From: Bacteroidales bacterium
GTDB taxonomy: Bacteria; Bacteroidota; Bacteroidia; Bacteroidales; UBA10428
Direction: 5' to 3'
DNA length: 64,000 nt
NCBI GenBank assembly: GCA_046481675.1
Contig: JAWOJJ010000141.1
Span: forward strand, 3,100 to 67,099
Below are positions 19,137 to 28,800 of this stretch, piece by piece. Numbering within the stretch: the first letter of the stretch is position 1; every line of letters begins with the position of its first letter. The translations under genes were made by a program, and so were the position numbers. Under the pieces are notes generated by a model. That model was not told the origin of the DNA, did no database searches, and saw only the letters and a program-made list of their open reading frames with translations.

Positions 19137-19202
19137 ACTGTAAAACAAAAACCATTTTTTAACTTTGTTTTAAATGCCGGATAACCTCAAAAATCCCTGA
19201 AT

Positions 19203-22200
19203 ATGAAAATATTAATACTGACGCTGATTGCAGCCACTGCCGGCCTTGTTTGTGTTAATGTTTCGGCACAGCAACCGGTGCCCATTCACATTAATGCGCT
19301 GGCAACTTCGCCGGTGGATACAGCAGCCAACGCTGAAACAAAGGCATTGTATGAATTTCTGAGGCTGCAGTTCGGCCAACGCATCATTTCGGGCCAGACA
19401 CATGATTATTACGACCAGGTGAAAACGCTTACAGGTTTGTCGCCCATGCTCAGGGCCGGCGATTTCCAGTCGTATACCAACGGGTATCCCTATTTATGGG
19501 ATAATGAAATCGGGGGACATACCTTTGGGAAGTACGATAACGGTACCGTAAGCCAGCTGATCAACTGGTATAACAGCACCTTGGGAAAAGGCATCGTTTC
19601 ATTGCAATGGCACTGGCATTCGCCCACAGGCGGTGAGGTAAGCACCAACACTTTCTATACCAGGGAGACCGATTTTGACATAACACAGGCTGTTGTTCCG
19701 GGCACCCCGGAATACGATTCGGTCATCAGCGACATAGACGAGATAGCCACCCAGCTGAAAAAATTTCAGGATGCCGGTATACCTGTTCTCTGGAGACCAT
19801 TGCACGAGGCAGGCGGTGGCTGGTTCTGGTGGGGTGCAAAAGGTTCGGCCCCCTGCCTGGCGCTTTATGACATGCTCTTCGACAGGCTGAAAAATCACCA
19901 CCAGCTGCATAACCTGATATGGGTGTGGTCTACCCCGGAACCCTCATGGTATCCGGGTAATGACAAAGTGGATATCATCGGGTATGATTCGTACCCCGGA
20001 GCATACAACTACACCAACCAGAAAGCCATGTTTGATGCCTTGTATACGCTTTCCCGGGGAGAAAAGCTGGTTGCCATGACTGAGAACGGGCCTATTCCCG
20101 AACCCGCAGCCTGTTTGGAACAGGATGCACCCTGGCTGTACTTCATGTCGTGGAGCAACCTGGTTACCGCACAAAACACCACGCAACATATCCGAGATGT
20201 TTTTGAAACGCCTGACGTTTTGAAACTCGAATCGGATAATGCCAGAACCAGCTACGAATGGCGCAGCTCTTTGTACCCCGAAAACTGGACCCCCGGATAC
20301 CGGGATGCCCAGGGCCGATACCTGCACGATTTCTCTTATGCCGGTTACCATATGGGCGAAAAGACTATTCCTGTGATTAACAACAACGTTGTGGATGTAA
20401 CGCACCCCCCTTACCTTGCTGATAATACCGGAACAAGCGATGTAACCGGCGTGATTCAGCAGGCATTAAATGATGTGGGGAGCATAGGTGGCGGCGTAGT
20501 TTACCTTCCAGCCGGAACCTACAAAATCTCAGTGGCCGACACCTCCTCCTGTGCACTCCGGTTGGCCTTCGACAGCACGGTGCTTCGCGGAGCAGGGTCC
20601 GGCGCCACATTTCTTTTAAATAGTCAGACAAACATGAGGTACAAAGACATCATCCAGGTAAAGGGTAATGATGCCGGCTGGTTCAATCCTGCTGACACAC
20701 CCGTACCTGTTGTTTTTGATCTGCCCGAACTGACCCATGTGATACCGGTTGAATCTGTCACCGGTTTTCAAAAGGGAGACGAAATCGTTGTGACCTCCAC
20801 TCCCACTCCCGAATTCATTGAAGAACACAAAATGACCGGTATGTGGACACCGGCTGCCATAAAGGGAGTGGCCTTTTTACGCAGGATTGATTCGATAGAC
20901 ACACGCAACAACCTGCTCTATGTTGATGCTCCAACACGTTATGCGCTGAAAACAAGGGATGATGCCCGGGTTTATCACATAAACCGCCAAATCAGCGAAT
21001 GCGGTATTGAAAGCCTGTCGATCGGGAACCTGCAAAATCCGAATTCGGGCTGGGATGAGGAATCTTATACCGAAAGCGGTACAGGTGCTTATGAAGTGCA
21101 TAGTTCCCATGTTATTCAGTTCAGGAACAGCGAAAACTGCTGGGTGAAAAAGATCAGCACCTATAAACCATCGGGTAATACAGGCGATTACCATCTTTTG
21201 TCAAACTGCCTGAAATTAAACCAGTGCCGTTTTATTACGGTTGATTCCTGTTCATTTGAAAAACCGCAATATGAAGGAGGCGGAGGCAACGGTTATATGT
21301 ACACCATTGAATCGAATGATTGCCTGATCAGCAACAGCAGGGCAAACCACAGCCGGCACAATTACGACTTTAAATATCCTTACAGCAACGGAAATGTGAT
21401 TTTGAAGTGCCGCAGCGAAAATTCGAAATATGCCAGTGATTTCCACATGTACCTGAGCATGTCAAATTTGTTTGACGCCTGTACGCTGAACCAGGACTAC
21501 CTGGAATCGGTATTCAGGCCATACGGCAGCAGCAATGCCCTGCATGGCTACACGTCATCGCAGTCGGTATTCTACAATACCGTAGGTGAGGCCTATCATC
21601 CCAACCGGAATTACCTGATCGATTCGAGGCAGTTCGGCTGGGGGTATATCATTGGAACCTCCGGCGCAGCATATGAAGTAGAAATTGACCCCGCTGAAGG
21701 TTCCGTGAACGGGTACCTGTATGATACCAGCCCCCGTGATTTTGTTGAAGGAACCGGCAACGGTGAACACCTGACACCGGCATCGCTTTACCTCGACCAG
21801 TTGAACCGAAGAAAAAACACACCTGCATCGCGGAAAAGTTTCCAGGTAACCCTGGTCATCAGGGACAAAGATAGCAATGAACCGCTTCAGGGAGGCGAGG
21901 TCATTATTTACATCGACACCCTTCTAACAGACGTATCGGGAAAAGCTGTTTTCAGCAATGTTCCTGAATTATTCCTGGTTAAGGCCGGGAAAACATATTA
22001 CACAGAAGAAGAAAAGGGGCCTTTCCTGATTGGCAGTGATACCACGCTGACACTATACCTGACCCGGGAAAAATATGAAGTCAGCATCAGGCTTTACAGG
22101 GCCGTCACTCTTGAACCGATTACCGGCACTTCTGTAATTTTTGGAACTGATACCGGGGTGAGCAATGATATGGGAAATGCCAGTTTTGTCACTTACGGAG

Positions 22201-22790
22201 GTGATCACAACCTGGTCATCAATAAAACCAATTATGAGCCTGTTAATTTTTCCGTGTTGGTTGAGCGGCCAACTGTTGTTGTAGTTTATCTGGTTCAAAC
22301 GCACGCCAATGTCAAAATCAGCCTGACAACAGGGATTACACCGGTAAACCAGGCTGCCGTAATTATCTCGGAGGACACAGTAATTACGGGCGCAACGGGG
22401 ATAGCAGGCTTTAATCATTTGCCTGTGTCATCCGGATATGCTTATAAAGTAACAAAAAGCGGATATGTTGATAAGGAAGGTGATTTTTTCCTCTCACGCG
22501 ACACCACCATTTCTGTAAGTATGGAAAAGATGTCGGCCCTGCAATCTGCAGGCATCATGAATTTCTCATACTGGCCCAACCCGGTTACCGATGTGCTTCA
22601 TATGCATACACCGGATAATCAGGGTCAGAAAACCATACTGATTACGGATTTGGGGGGCCGCGAGTTGCATCGCCAGGAATCGGTTGCAGAGCGGATTGCC
22701 ATTAACATCGTCCACTATTTTCCGGGAACCTACCTGTTGCAGATCATTGCCGCGGACCGGAAAACGACCGTGTATTTTGTAAAAAACTAA
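19203..22790 (+). CDS. Multidomain T9SS-secreted glycoside hydrolase: GH26 beta-mannanase + right-handed beta-helix (pectate-lyase-3-like) domain + three beta-sandwich repeats + Por C-terminal sorting domain
   Basis: 1195 aa with a signal peptide.
- GH26 acid/base motif WRPLHEAGGGWFWWG at 19791..19835.
- GH26 nucleophile motif MTENG at 20076..20090.
- Beta-helix entry motif: ADNTGTSDVTGVIQQALNDV...GGVVYLPAGTYKI.
- Three ~85-aa repeats at 21840..22520 (FQVTLVIRDKD..., YEVSIRLYRAV..., ANVKISLTTGI...).
- C-terminal sorting domain: FSYWPNPVTDVLHMH...GTYLLQIIAADRKTTVYFVKN. Confidence 0.85.
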   Translation: MKILILTLIAATAGLVCVNVSAQQPVPIHINALATSPVDTAANAETKALYEFLRLQFGQRIISGQTHDYYDQVKTLTGLSPMLRAGDFQSYTNGYPYLWDNEIGGHTFGKYDNGTVSQLINWYNSTLGKGIVSLQWHWHSPTGGEVSTNTFYTRETDFDITQAVVPGTPEYDSVISDIDEIATQLKKFQDAGIPVLWRPLHEAGGGWFWWGAKGSAPCLALYDMLFDRLKNHHQLHNLIWVWSTPEPSWYPGNDKVDIIGYDSYPGAYNYTNQKAMFDALYTLSRGEKLVAMTENGPIPEPAACLEQDAPWLYFMSWSNLVTAQNTTQHIRDVFETPDVLKLESDNARTSYEWRSSLYPENWTPGYRDAQGRYLHDFSYAGYHMGEKTIPVINNNVVDVTHPPYLADNTGTSDVTGVIQQALNDVGSIGGGVVYLPAGTYKISVADTSSCALRLAFDSTVLRGAGSGATFLLNSQTNMRYKDIIQVKGNDAGWFNPADTPVPVVFDLPELTHVIPVESVTGFQKGDEIVVTSTPTPEFIEEHKMTGMWTPAAIKGVAFLRRIDSIDTRNNLLYVDAPTRYALKTRDDARVYHINRQISECGIESLSIGNLQNPNSGWDEESYTESGTGAYEVHSSHVIQFRNSENCWVKKISTYKPSGNTGDYHLLSNCLKLNQCRFITVDSCSFEKPQYEGGGGNGYMYTIESNDCLISNSRANHSRHNYDFKYPYSNGNVILKCRSENSKYASDFHMYLSMSNLFDACTLNQDYLESVFRPYGSSNALHGYTSSQSVFYNTVGEAYHPNRNYLIDSRQFGWGYIIGTSGAAYEVEIDPAEGSVNGYLYDTSPRDFVEGTGNGEHLTPASLYLDQLNRRKNTPASRKSFQVTLVIRDKDSNEPLQGGEVIIYIDTLLTDVSGKAVFSNVPELFLVKAGKTYYTEEEKGPFLIGSDTTLTLYLTREKYEVSIRLYRAVTLEPITGTSVIFGTDTGVSNDMGNASFVTYGGDHNLVINKTNYEPVNFSVLVERPTVVVVYLVQTHANVKISLTTGITPVNQAAVIISEDTVITGATGIAGFNHLPVSSGYAYKVTKSGYVDKEGDFFLSRDTTISVSMEKMSALQSAGIMNFSYWPNPVTDVLHMHTPDNQGQKTILITDLGGRELHRQESVAERIAINIVHYFPGTYLLQIIAADRKTTVYFVKN

Positions 22791-22817
22791 AAAGGGTGTT
22801 GCCGGAAATTAGGTTCA

Positions 22818-23540
22818 TCATTCAGGTAGGGTATCCAAATAAAAATCCCGGGTTAAATCTAAATATTCCTTTGTATAGTTGTGATCTTCCCCACGGATAG
22901 CAATTTCGCTGTAATGGCAGTTCTTCTGATTGTCCCTCGAAAATTCCGCAAGGCAGCGTGAAAGGTCTTTACCGGGTTGTGGCCGTACATGGGTTATTCG
23001 CATCGGCAGTAAGTCATGAAACCGGGCTATAAGTTCAAATTTTGAAAATCCGTCAGCAGGTAAAATCACAGCAAGCCGACCCCGGTCAGACAAAACTTTT
23101 GAGGAATAAAACAACAGGCTTTCATAACTGAGGTGGTCGTCATGCCGGGCCAGCGACCTGCTTTTTGCAGGTGGTTTCAGTGAATTCCGGAAATACGGAG
23201 GGTTTGAAACAACCAGGTCATATGACCCGGCACTGTCGCGTGCAAATTGCTGAAAGGAGTTGTGAAAAAGCTTGATTCTACCCGTCCACGGGCACCTTTT
23301 CACATTCTCCCCGGCCTGCAGGAAGGCGCTTTCATCCAACTCAACACCATAAATAATACCTTCACTTCTTTGAGCCATCATCAGGGCAATTAGTCCGGTT
23401 CCGGTACCCACATCCAGCATATTAGCAACACCTGCGACGTTCACCCAGGCGCCCAGCAGCACCCCGTCAGTTCCCACCTTCATGGCGCACCGGTCATGAA
23501 AAACCGTAAACTGTTTGAATACAAAATAAGGATTGGCCAT
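22818..23540 (-). CDS. trmN6: tRNA (adenine37-N6)-methyltransferase, YfiC/TrmN6-like class I SAM methyltransferase
   Basis: 240 aa. The N-terminus FKQFTVFHDRCAMKVGTDGVLLGAW is followed by the SAM motif DVGTGTGLIALMMAQR and the catalytic motif VVSNPPYF. Confidence 0.7.
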   Translation of the reverse strand: MANPYFVFKQFTVFHDRCAMKVGTDGVLLGAWVNVAGVANMLDVGTGTGLIALMMAQRSEGIIYGVELDESAFLQAGENVKRCPWTGRIKLFHNSFQQFARDSAGSYDLVVSNPPYFRNSLKPPAKSRSLARHDDHLSYESLLFYSSKVLSDRGRLAVILPADGFSKFELIARFHDLLPMRITHVRPQPGKDLSRCLAEFSRDNQKNCHYSEIAIRGEDHNYTKEYLDLTRDFYLDTLPE

Positions 23541-23552
23541 ATCCGATGCTTG

Positions 23553-24377
23553 TTATACCACCCCGACGGGGCCCCCCCACCCCGTCGGGGTGGCACTCAT
23601 TCCGAAAAGGGCAAAATCGTATTTCACGGGGTCACCCGGATCAAACTCACTGAGGGCTTCTGTTAGTTCACACACTGCTTTCCAGTCGTTTTGTCTTCGT
23701 TTCAGCAATCCAAGACTGCGTGCTGTTCTGGCTGTATGCAGATCAAGCGGTATTTTCAGCCAGGCGGGACTGATGTTTTTCCACAAACCGAAATCAATAC
23801 CTCCTTTGTCACATCGCACCATCCACCGCAGAAACATGTTCAACCGTTTTGCAGCAGCACCTTTCGTAACATCAGGCACATGCTTTCGGGTTCTTGCCGG
23901 GTGGTCATGCTCAAAAAAGAGGTGCCTGAAGCATATAATGGCAATGGCAGCATTGTGGGGGGGCATGAACCCGGTTTCGAATACCTTTCGCAAACCGCCG
24001 TGTTTCAAATAGATATTCTTCAGCGCATGCAAAAAATATAAGGTATCAGTGGCATTGAACGTTCGGTGACAGAAGCCTTCAAAACGGGCATAATCTTTTA
24101 TGCCGGCATGCAACAAAAAATCATAGGGGTGATTGTCCATCAGATGCATTAATTCCGCTGATTTGCTGATAATGGTTTTTCGTTGCCCCCATGCCAGTGT
24201 GGCGGTAATAAAACCTGATATTTCAATATCCTGAGGTAAGGTAAACCTGTGAGGTATTTGCACGGGATCGGTTTCAATGAATTCCGGACGGTTGTATTGC
24301 GCTACCTTCAAATCAAGAAAGGCCTTCAAATCTCCCGGATGCCTGGTTTTCAAATCTTTAAATCTATCTATCTGCAT
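23553..24377 (-). CDS. TIGR02757/DUF2400-like conserved hypothetical protein
   Basis: The track start at 24389 is a TTG codon; the ATG at 24377 gives MQIDRFKDLK.... The overall look (...YNRPEFIETDPVQIPHRF...LAWGQRKTII...) matches my memory of the TIGR02757 family. The last 12 codons are supplied by a GC-rich palindrome (see findings). Confidence 0.55.
   Translation of the reverse strand: MQIDRFKDLKTRHPGDLKAFLDLKVAQYNRPEFIETDPVQIPHRFTLPQDIEISGFITATLAWGQRKTIISKSAELMHLMDNHPYDFLLHAGIKDYARFEGFCHRTFNATDTLYFLHALKNIYLKHGGLRKVFETGFMPPHNAAIAIICFRHLFFEHDHPARTRKHVPDVTKGAAAKRLNMFLRWMVRCDKGGIDFGLWKNISPAWLKIPLDLHTARTARSLGLLKRRQNDWKAVCELTEALSEFDPGDPVKYDFALFGMSATPTGWGGPVGVV
23558..23593. repeat. Perfect 14-bp GC-rich inverted repeat (hairpin) with 8-nt C-rich loop
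   Basis: ccaccccgacgggg (23558-23571) pairs perfectly with ccccgtcggggtgg (23580-23593). No U-tract follows on either strand. It overlaps the 3' end of the TIGR02757-like ORF. Confidence 0.9.
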
Positions 24378-24385
24378 GTGGATTA

Positions 24386-25042
24386 TCAAACCAGAAGCCC
24401 GTCATGCATGGTAATGGTGCGGTCGCTCATTCCGGCCAGGTCATTGTCATGTGTTACAATTACGAATGTTTGGTTGTACTTGCTGCGGAGGGTGAAGAAA
24501 AGCTCGTGCAATTCTTTTTTGTTGTTTGAATCAAGGTTACCCGAAGGTTCATCGGCAAGTATCACATCGGGATTGTTGATCAAAGCCCTGGCCACGGCCA
24601 CCCGTTGTTGTTCGCCACCCGAAAGTTCATTGGGCTTGTGTTCCAGCCGGTGGCTCAGGCCCAGAAATTCAATTATTTCTTTTGCCCTGCTGATGGCATC
24701 GGACCTGGAAACGCCTGCTATAAAAGCCGGTATGCATACATTCTCGAGTGCTGTAAATTCGGGCAACAGGTGATGAAATTGAAATACAAAGCCAATATGC
24801 CGGTTTCTGAACCGGGCAAGCTCCCTGTCGCCCAGTCTACTGATGTCGGTACCGTTAATAGTTAAGTTTCCGCCATCCGGCTTCATAAGTGTTCCCGCTA
24901 TTTGCAGGAATGTAGTTTTACCTGCTCCGCTGGCGCCCACAATGGTAACTATTTCCCCCTTCTGGATATATACGCTCACGCCTTTTAAAACCTGCAGCGA
25001 TCCGAATGATTTGGTGATATTTACAGCTTCAATGATGGCCAT
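24386..25042 (-). CDS. ABC transporter ATP-binding protein, LolD/MacB-type ATPase
   Basis: The track start at 25054 is a TTG codon; the ATG at 25042 gives [15 protein letters not shown].... Motifs present are Walker [13 protein letters not shown] signature [15 protein letters not shown] and Walker [12 protein letters not shown]. Confidence 0.85.
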   Translation of the reverse strand: MAIIEAVNITKSFGSLQVLKGVSVYIQKGEIVTIVGASGAGKTTFLQIAGTLMKPDGGNLTINGTDISRLGDRELARFRNRHIGFVFQFHHLLPEFTALENVCIPAFIAGVSRSDAISRAKEIIEFLGLSHRLEHKPNELSGGEQQRVAVARALINNPDVILADEPSGNLDSNNKKELHELFFTLRSKYNQTFVIVTHDNDLAGMSDRTITMHDGLLV

Positions 25043-25067
25043 GTTTCCGGGCAATGCAGGTTATGGT

Positions 25068-25391
25068 TCAGGAATTCAGATTACTGCTAATTTCGTTGAT
25101 GTCTTTTTTGACATCACCGGTGCTTTCGTTGATGTCCTTAGTAATATCACTGGTGATGTCGGTCATGTTCTTTTTGATACCACCTATGCTTTCGTTGATA
25201 TCTTTTGTCAGTCCGTTTGTACTATCATGTATTTCACGTTTGATATCATCGGTGGCTTTCCTGAATTCACGAAGCCCCTTTCCCAAACCTTTTGCCAGTT
25301 CCGGAATTTTGCTGGAGCCAAACAACAACAGGAACGCCAACAAGGCAAGCAATATTTCCCCTCCGCCCAGGGCCAGAATTATATATCCCAT
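25068..25391 (-). CDS. tatA: Twin-arginine translocase TatA/TatE-family subunit with repeat-containing C-terminal tail
   Basis: The N-terminus MGYIILALGGGEILLALLAFLLLFGSSKIPELAKGLGKGLREFRKA is a canonical TatA transmembrane plus amphipathic helix. The tail carries three (T/K)KDINE repeats. Confidence 0.85.
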   Translation of the reverse strand: MGYIILALGGGEILLALLAFLLLFGSSKIPELAKGLGKGLREFRKATDDIKREIHDSTNGLTKDINESIGGIKKNMTDITSDITKDINESTGDVKKDINEISSNLNS

Positions 25392-25465
25392 TACTATATA
25401 TTATAGTGCAAATATAGGAAACGTCTGGTCAATTATTATCCAAGAATGCACATTAATGCAATAAC

Positions 25466-25494
25466 AAAAAAACCCCGCAGTTGCGGGGTTTTTT
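25466..25494 (-). terminator. Rho-independent terminator downstream of secDF (symmetrical, could act in both directions)
   Basis: The sequence is aaaaaaa-CCCCGC-agtt-GCGGGG-tttttt, lying 18 nt after the secDF stop and upstream of tatA. Confidence 0.8.
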
Positions 25495-25511
25495 GAGTCA
25501 ATTATGAAATC

Positions 25512-28500
25512 TTACTTCTTTATTTCCTTATTCTTCCGGGTGTCATAGATCAGGGCCGAGGCGATAAACACAGTTGAATAAACACCCGAGAACAAACCCA
25601 CCAGCAGTGCAAAGGCAAAACCCCTCACGCTTTCGCCCGTGTATAAGAAAATGATGGCCACGGTGATCAGCACGGTGAGCGAGGTTACAATGGTTCGTGA
25701 GAAGGTATCGTTGATGGCTTTATTCATCAAAGCGGCATAATCCATTTTTGGATGCAGAGCCCTGTATTCACGGATTCGGTCGAAGATAACCACGGTATCG
25801 TTTACCGAATACCCGATAATGGTTAGAATAGCCGCAATAAAGGTTTGGTCCATCTCCAACGAAAATGGCAGGATACCATAGAAGAGTGAGAACAAGGCGA
25901 TCACAAAGAAAGCGTCATGCGCCAGGGAGGCCAGGGCACCCAAACCAAAGCTCCAGCTCCGGAACCTGAAACCAATATACAGGAACATAAAGAACAGCGA
26001 GATAAACAAGGCAATGAACGAATCGCGCTTGATGTCAGCCGCAATGGTAGGCCCTACGCGCTGCAATCCCTGTACATTCACATCTTTAAACTGGTCGTAT
26101 GAAACTTCATTTCCAAGTAAGGGCTTAACGCCGTTGTAAATGAGTTGTTCAATTTCTGATTCAACCTCAGGGTCTTCGGAATCCACTCCATATTTAGTGG
26201 TGATTCTAACCTTGTCATCCGAACCATAGGTAATTACTGTAGGTCTCATTCCCAGTTCTTGTTCAACCATGTCGGCAACTTCAACATTGCTAACCGGTTT
26301 ATCAAACTGAATGATGTAATTGCGGCCACCGGCAAAGTCAACACCCTGGTCGAGTCCGCGTGTAAACAGAGAAGCGATGCCAATTACGATCATGATACCC
26401 GAAACGACGTAGAATTTCTTCCTGTGCTTGATGTAGTCGATGTTGATGTTCTTGAACGCGCCCTGTGACAATTTGGTACTGAATGTAAGTTTAACAGAAC
26501 GGTCGAGCATCAACTCAAAAATCAGCCTGCTGATAAAGATGGCCGCAAAAAGTGAGGTGATGATACCGATAACCAGCGTGGTGGCAAAACCTTTCACCGG
26601 GCCGGTACCCAAAACAAACAGGATGATACCGGTGATCAGCGTGGTGATGTTACCGTCGATAATAGCCGAAAGTGCATTTTTGTAACCATCGGCCACGGCA
26701 ATTCGCACACCCTTACCGGCCATAAGTTCTTCACGGATACGCTCATAGATAAGTACGTTGGCATCAACCGCCATACCAATGGTAAGTACGATACCGGCAA
26801 TACCGGGGAGTGTAAGCGCAAGGCCCATGGATGCAAGCACACCAATCAGGAAGAACATATTCAGAAACAACGCGATGTCGGCAACCAAACCGGCACGGCG
26901 GGTATAGTAGAAGATCATGAAGCTAAAGATCAGGATGAAGGAGATGAGCAGTGAATTCATACCTGATTTGATTGATTCCTTACCCAGCGAGGGCCCGATA
27001 ACTTCTTCCTGGATGATCTTACAGGGAGCAGGCATGGTACCCGATTTAAGCAGGTTTGCCAGGTCTTCGGCCTCTTTGGCATCAACCCCGGTGATTTGGG
27101 TACTGCCAGTGGGTATTTCTTCAGTAACCCTGGGGAAAGAATACACATAATCGTCCATAACCACGGTGAGGATCTTTCCTACATTTTCGCGGGTAAGACG
27201 CGCCCATATCTGGGTTCCCTGGGAATTCATTTCCATGGAGACATATGCCTCGGCTGTGTTCTGGTCGTATGAATTAACAGCACGTGTCACCACGTCACCG
27301 GTAAGAGGTGCCCGGCCGTCGCGACTGGTTACCCTGATGGCGTGTATGTAATAAAAATCAGTGGGTTTTTTGGTGGTATAGTTCTCAATTGGTGAGGCAT
27401 CCCAGAAATACTTGAAATTACGCGGGAAAACATTGCGCTGCATGCCCAGTCTGAGATACTGGTTAACCTTTGCTGTATCCTTATAATGTACCTGTCCGAA
27501 TACCGATCCGGGAATCAGTTCGCCATTCTCGGTAACATAAGGCCTCAGTACCAAAAACAGCGGAAAATCCTGGCCGAATGCGTCGGGGGCGGTAAGGCTG
27601 TCTCCTGCGGAAGCAGAGGTATCTTCAGCTAATTGTTGCAGCAAAGCAGGTGTTTCCGGATCATTTCCGCTTTGAGCTTCTGTTGAAGCAGCAGCATCAG
27701 TTGCTGCATTATCACCCTGCGATAAACCGGTTTGAATGGCGGAAGTGGCCTGAGCTGTTGATTTGTTCATGGTTTTAACCAGCTCGTTCAAAGCCAGCAG
27801 ACCGTTCCGAATTTCCACATCGGTATTGTTATATGTTTCCCAGAACTCTAATCGGGCTGCACCCTGCAGAAGTTTCCTTACCCTGTCTTTCTCGGAAACA
27901 CCGGGCAGCTCAACCAGAATACGGTCGCCGCTTTGCAGGCGCTGTACATTGGGCGATGTAACACCAAAGTGGTCAATACGTGTGCTGATGATTTGAAAGG
28001 AATTGGCGATGGCTTTATTAGCTTCCTCGCGCACAACTTTCAGTACGTCGGCATTGGATGTGTTATAAGTAATGCGTTCACGGAATTCAGGAGAAGAAAA
28101 CAAAGCCGAAAGACGTGCGTTCGGATCAATGGTTGCAAAAGCCTTACCGAACAAATCCACAAAGTTTTCACCGGAACCAACCTGGTTCTTTTTTGCCAGA
28201 GCAAGGGCCTTGTTAAAAGTTGAATCCTTACTGTAATTGGCCATGGAGCGGATCACGTCGGTAACCGATACTTCGAGTACAACGTTCATACCGCCCTGAA
28301 GGTCAAGTCCAAGGTTGATTTCTCTTTCCTGGCATTCACGATAGGTATATTTCTTAAGCCACATGAAATTATAAACAGGCTCACCTGCTATCGAGTCCAG
28401 GTAATAATCGGCCTTCTTAAGGTCGACAATATTGTTTGCATCACGTGCATATTCTTGTGAGTCCTTCTTCACCTTGTAAGTAACCAGGGTGAAAGAAAGT

Positions 28501-28562
28501 TGATAGAGACAAACAAGTACAAGCGCTATAGCCAACGTCCAAACGGCTCCTTTATTACGCAT
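25512..28562 (-). CDS. secDF: Protein translocase subunit SecDF (fused SecD-SecF)
   Basis: 1016 aa. It has an N-terminal transmembrane segment, a large periplasmic domain and two six-helix bundles with conserved SecD/SecF blocks (LGLDLQGGMNVVLEV, TLPGIAGIVLTIGMAVDANVLIYERIREE, VNDTVVIFDRIRE). Confidence 0.93.
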   Translation of the reverse strand: MRNKGAVWTLAIALVLVCLYQLSFTLVTYKVKKDSQEYARDANNIVDLKKADYYLDSIAGEPVYNFMWLKKYTYRECQEREINLGLDLQGGMNVVLEVSVTDVIRSMANYSKDSTFNKALALAKKNQVGSGENFVDLFGKAFATIDPNARLSALFSSPEFRERITYNTSNADVLKVVREEANKAIANSFQIISTRIDHFGVTSPNVQRLQSGDRILVELPGVSEKDRVRKLLQGAARLEFWETYNNTDVEIRNGLLALNELVKTMNKSTAQATSAIQTGLSQGDNAATDAAASTEAQSGNDPETPALLQQLAEDTSASAGDSLTAPDAFGQDFPLFLVLRPYVTENGELIPGSVFGQVHYKDTAKVNQYLRLGMQRNVFPRNFKYFWDASPIENYTTKKPTDFYYIHAIRVTSRDGRAPLTGDVVTRAVNSYDQNTAEAYVSMEMNSQGTQIWARLTRENVGKILTVVMDDYVYSFPRVTEEIPTGSTQITGVDAKEAEDLANLLKSGTMPAPCKIIQEEVIGPSLGKESIKSGMNSLLISFILIFSFMIFYYTRRAGLVADIALFLNMFFLIGVLASMGLALTLPGIAGIVLTIGMAVDANVLIYERIREELMAGKGVRIAVADGYKNALSAIIDGNITTLITGIILFVLGTGPVKGFATTLVIGIITSLFAAIFISRLIFELMLDRSVKLTFSTKLSQGAFKNINIDYIKHRKKFYVVSGIMIVIGIASLFTRGLDQGVDFAGGRNYIIQFDKPVSNVEVADMVEQELGMRPTVITYGSDDKVRITTKYGVDSEDPEVESEIEQLIYNGVKPLLGNEVSYDQFKDVNVQGLQRVGPTIAADIKRDSFIALFISLFFMFLYIGFRFRSWSFGLGALASLAHDAFFVIALFSLFYGILPFSLEMDQTFIAAILTIIGYSVNDTVVIFDRIREYRALHPKMDYAALMNKAINDTFSRTIVTSLTVLITVAIIFLYTGESVRGFAFALLVGLFSGVYSTVFIASALIYDTRKNKEIKK

Positions 28563-28800
28563 TTCTAGGTTTGTATTAGTTTATAAATCTGATTTTTTAC
28601 AGTGGCGCAAATATATAAAATTTTATGCATGATGAAACATGATGATGGTGATTTCTGGTTACCGATTCGATTAGTTGAATTTTGGGTACCTGGTCAAAAG
28701 TTGCTTGACTATATGCAGATTGTGTCGTAAATTTAGGCGTTTATTCGACAAAACACCTTTGAATTTTGCATTCAACCCGAAAATGCTATATTGTAACGCG

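Noticed and set aside
23533-25464. A cluster of plus-strand ORFs (23533-24012, 23691-24041, 24249-24773, 24605-24865, 24843-25406, 25054-25464).
   Set aside because: All are antisense to the well-supported methyltransferase, TIGR02757-like, ABC ATPase and tatA genes. The 25054-25464 ORF merely mirrors the repetitive tatA tail.
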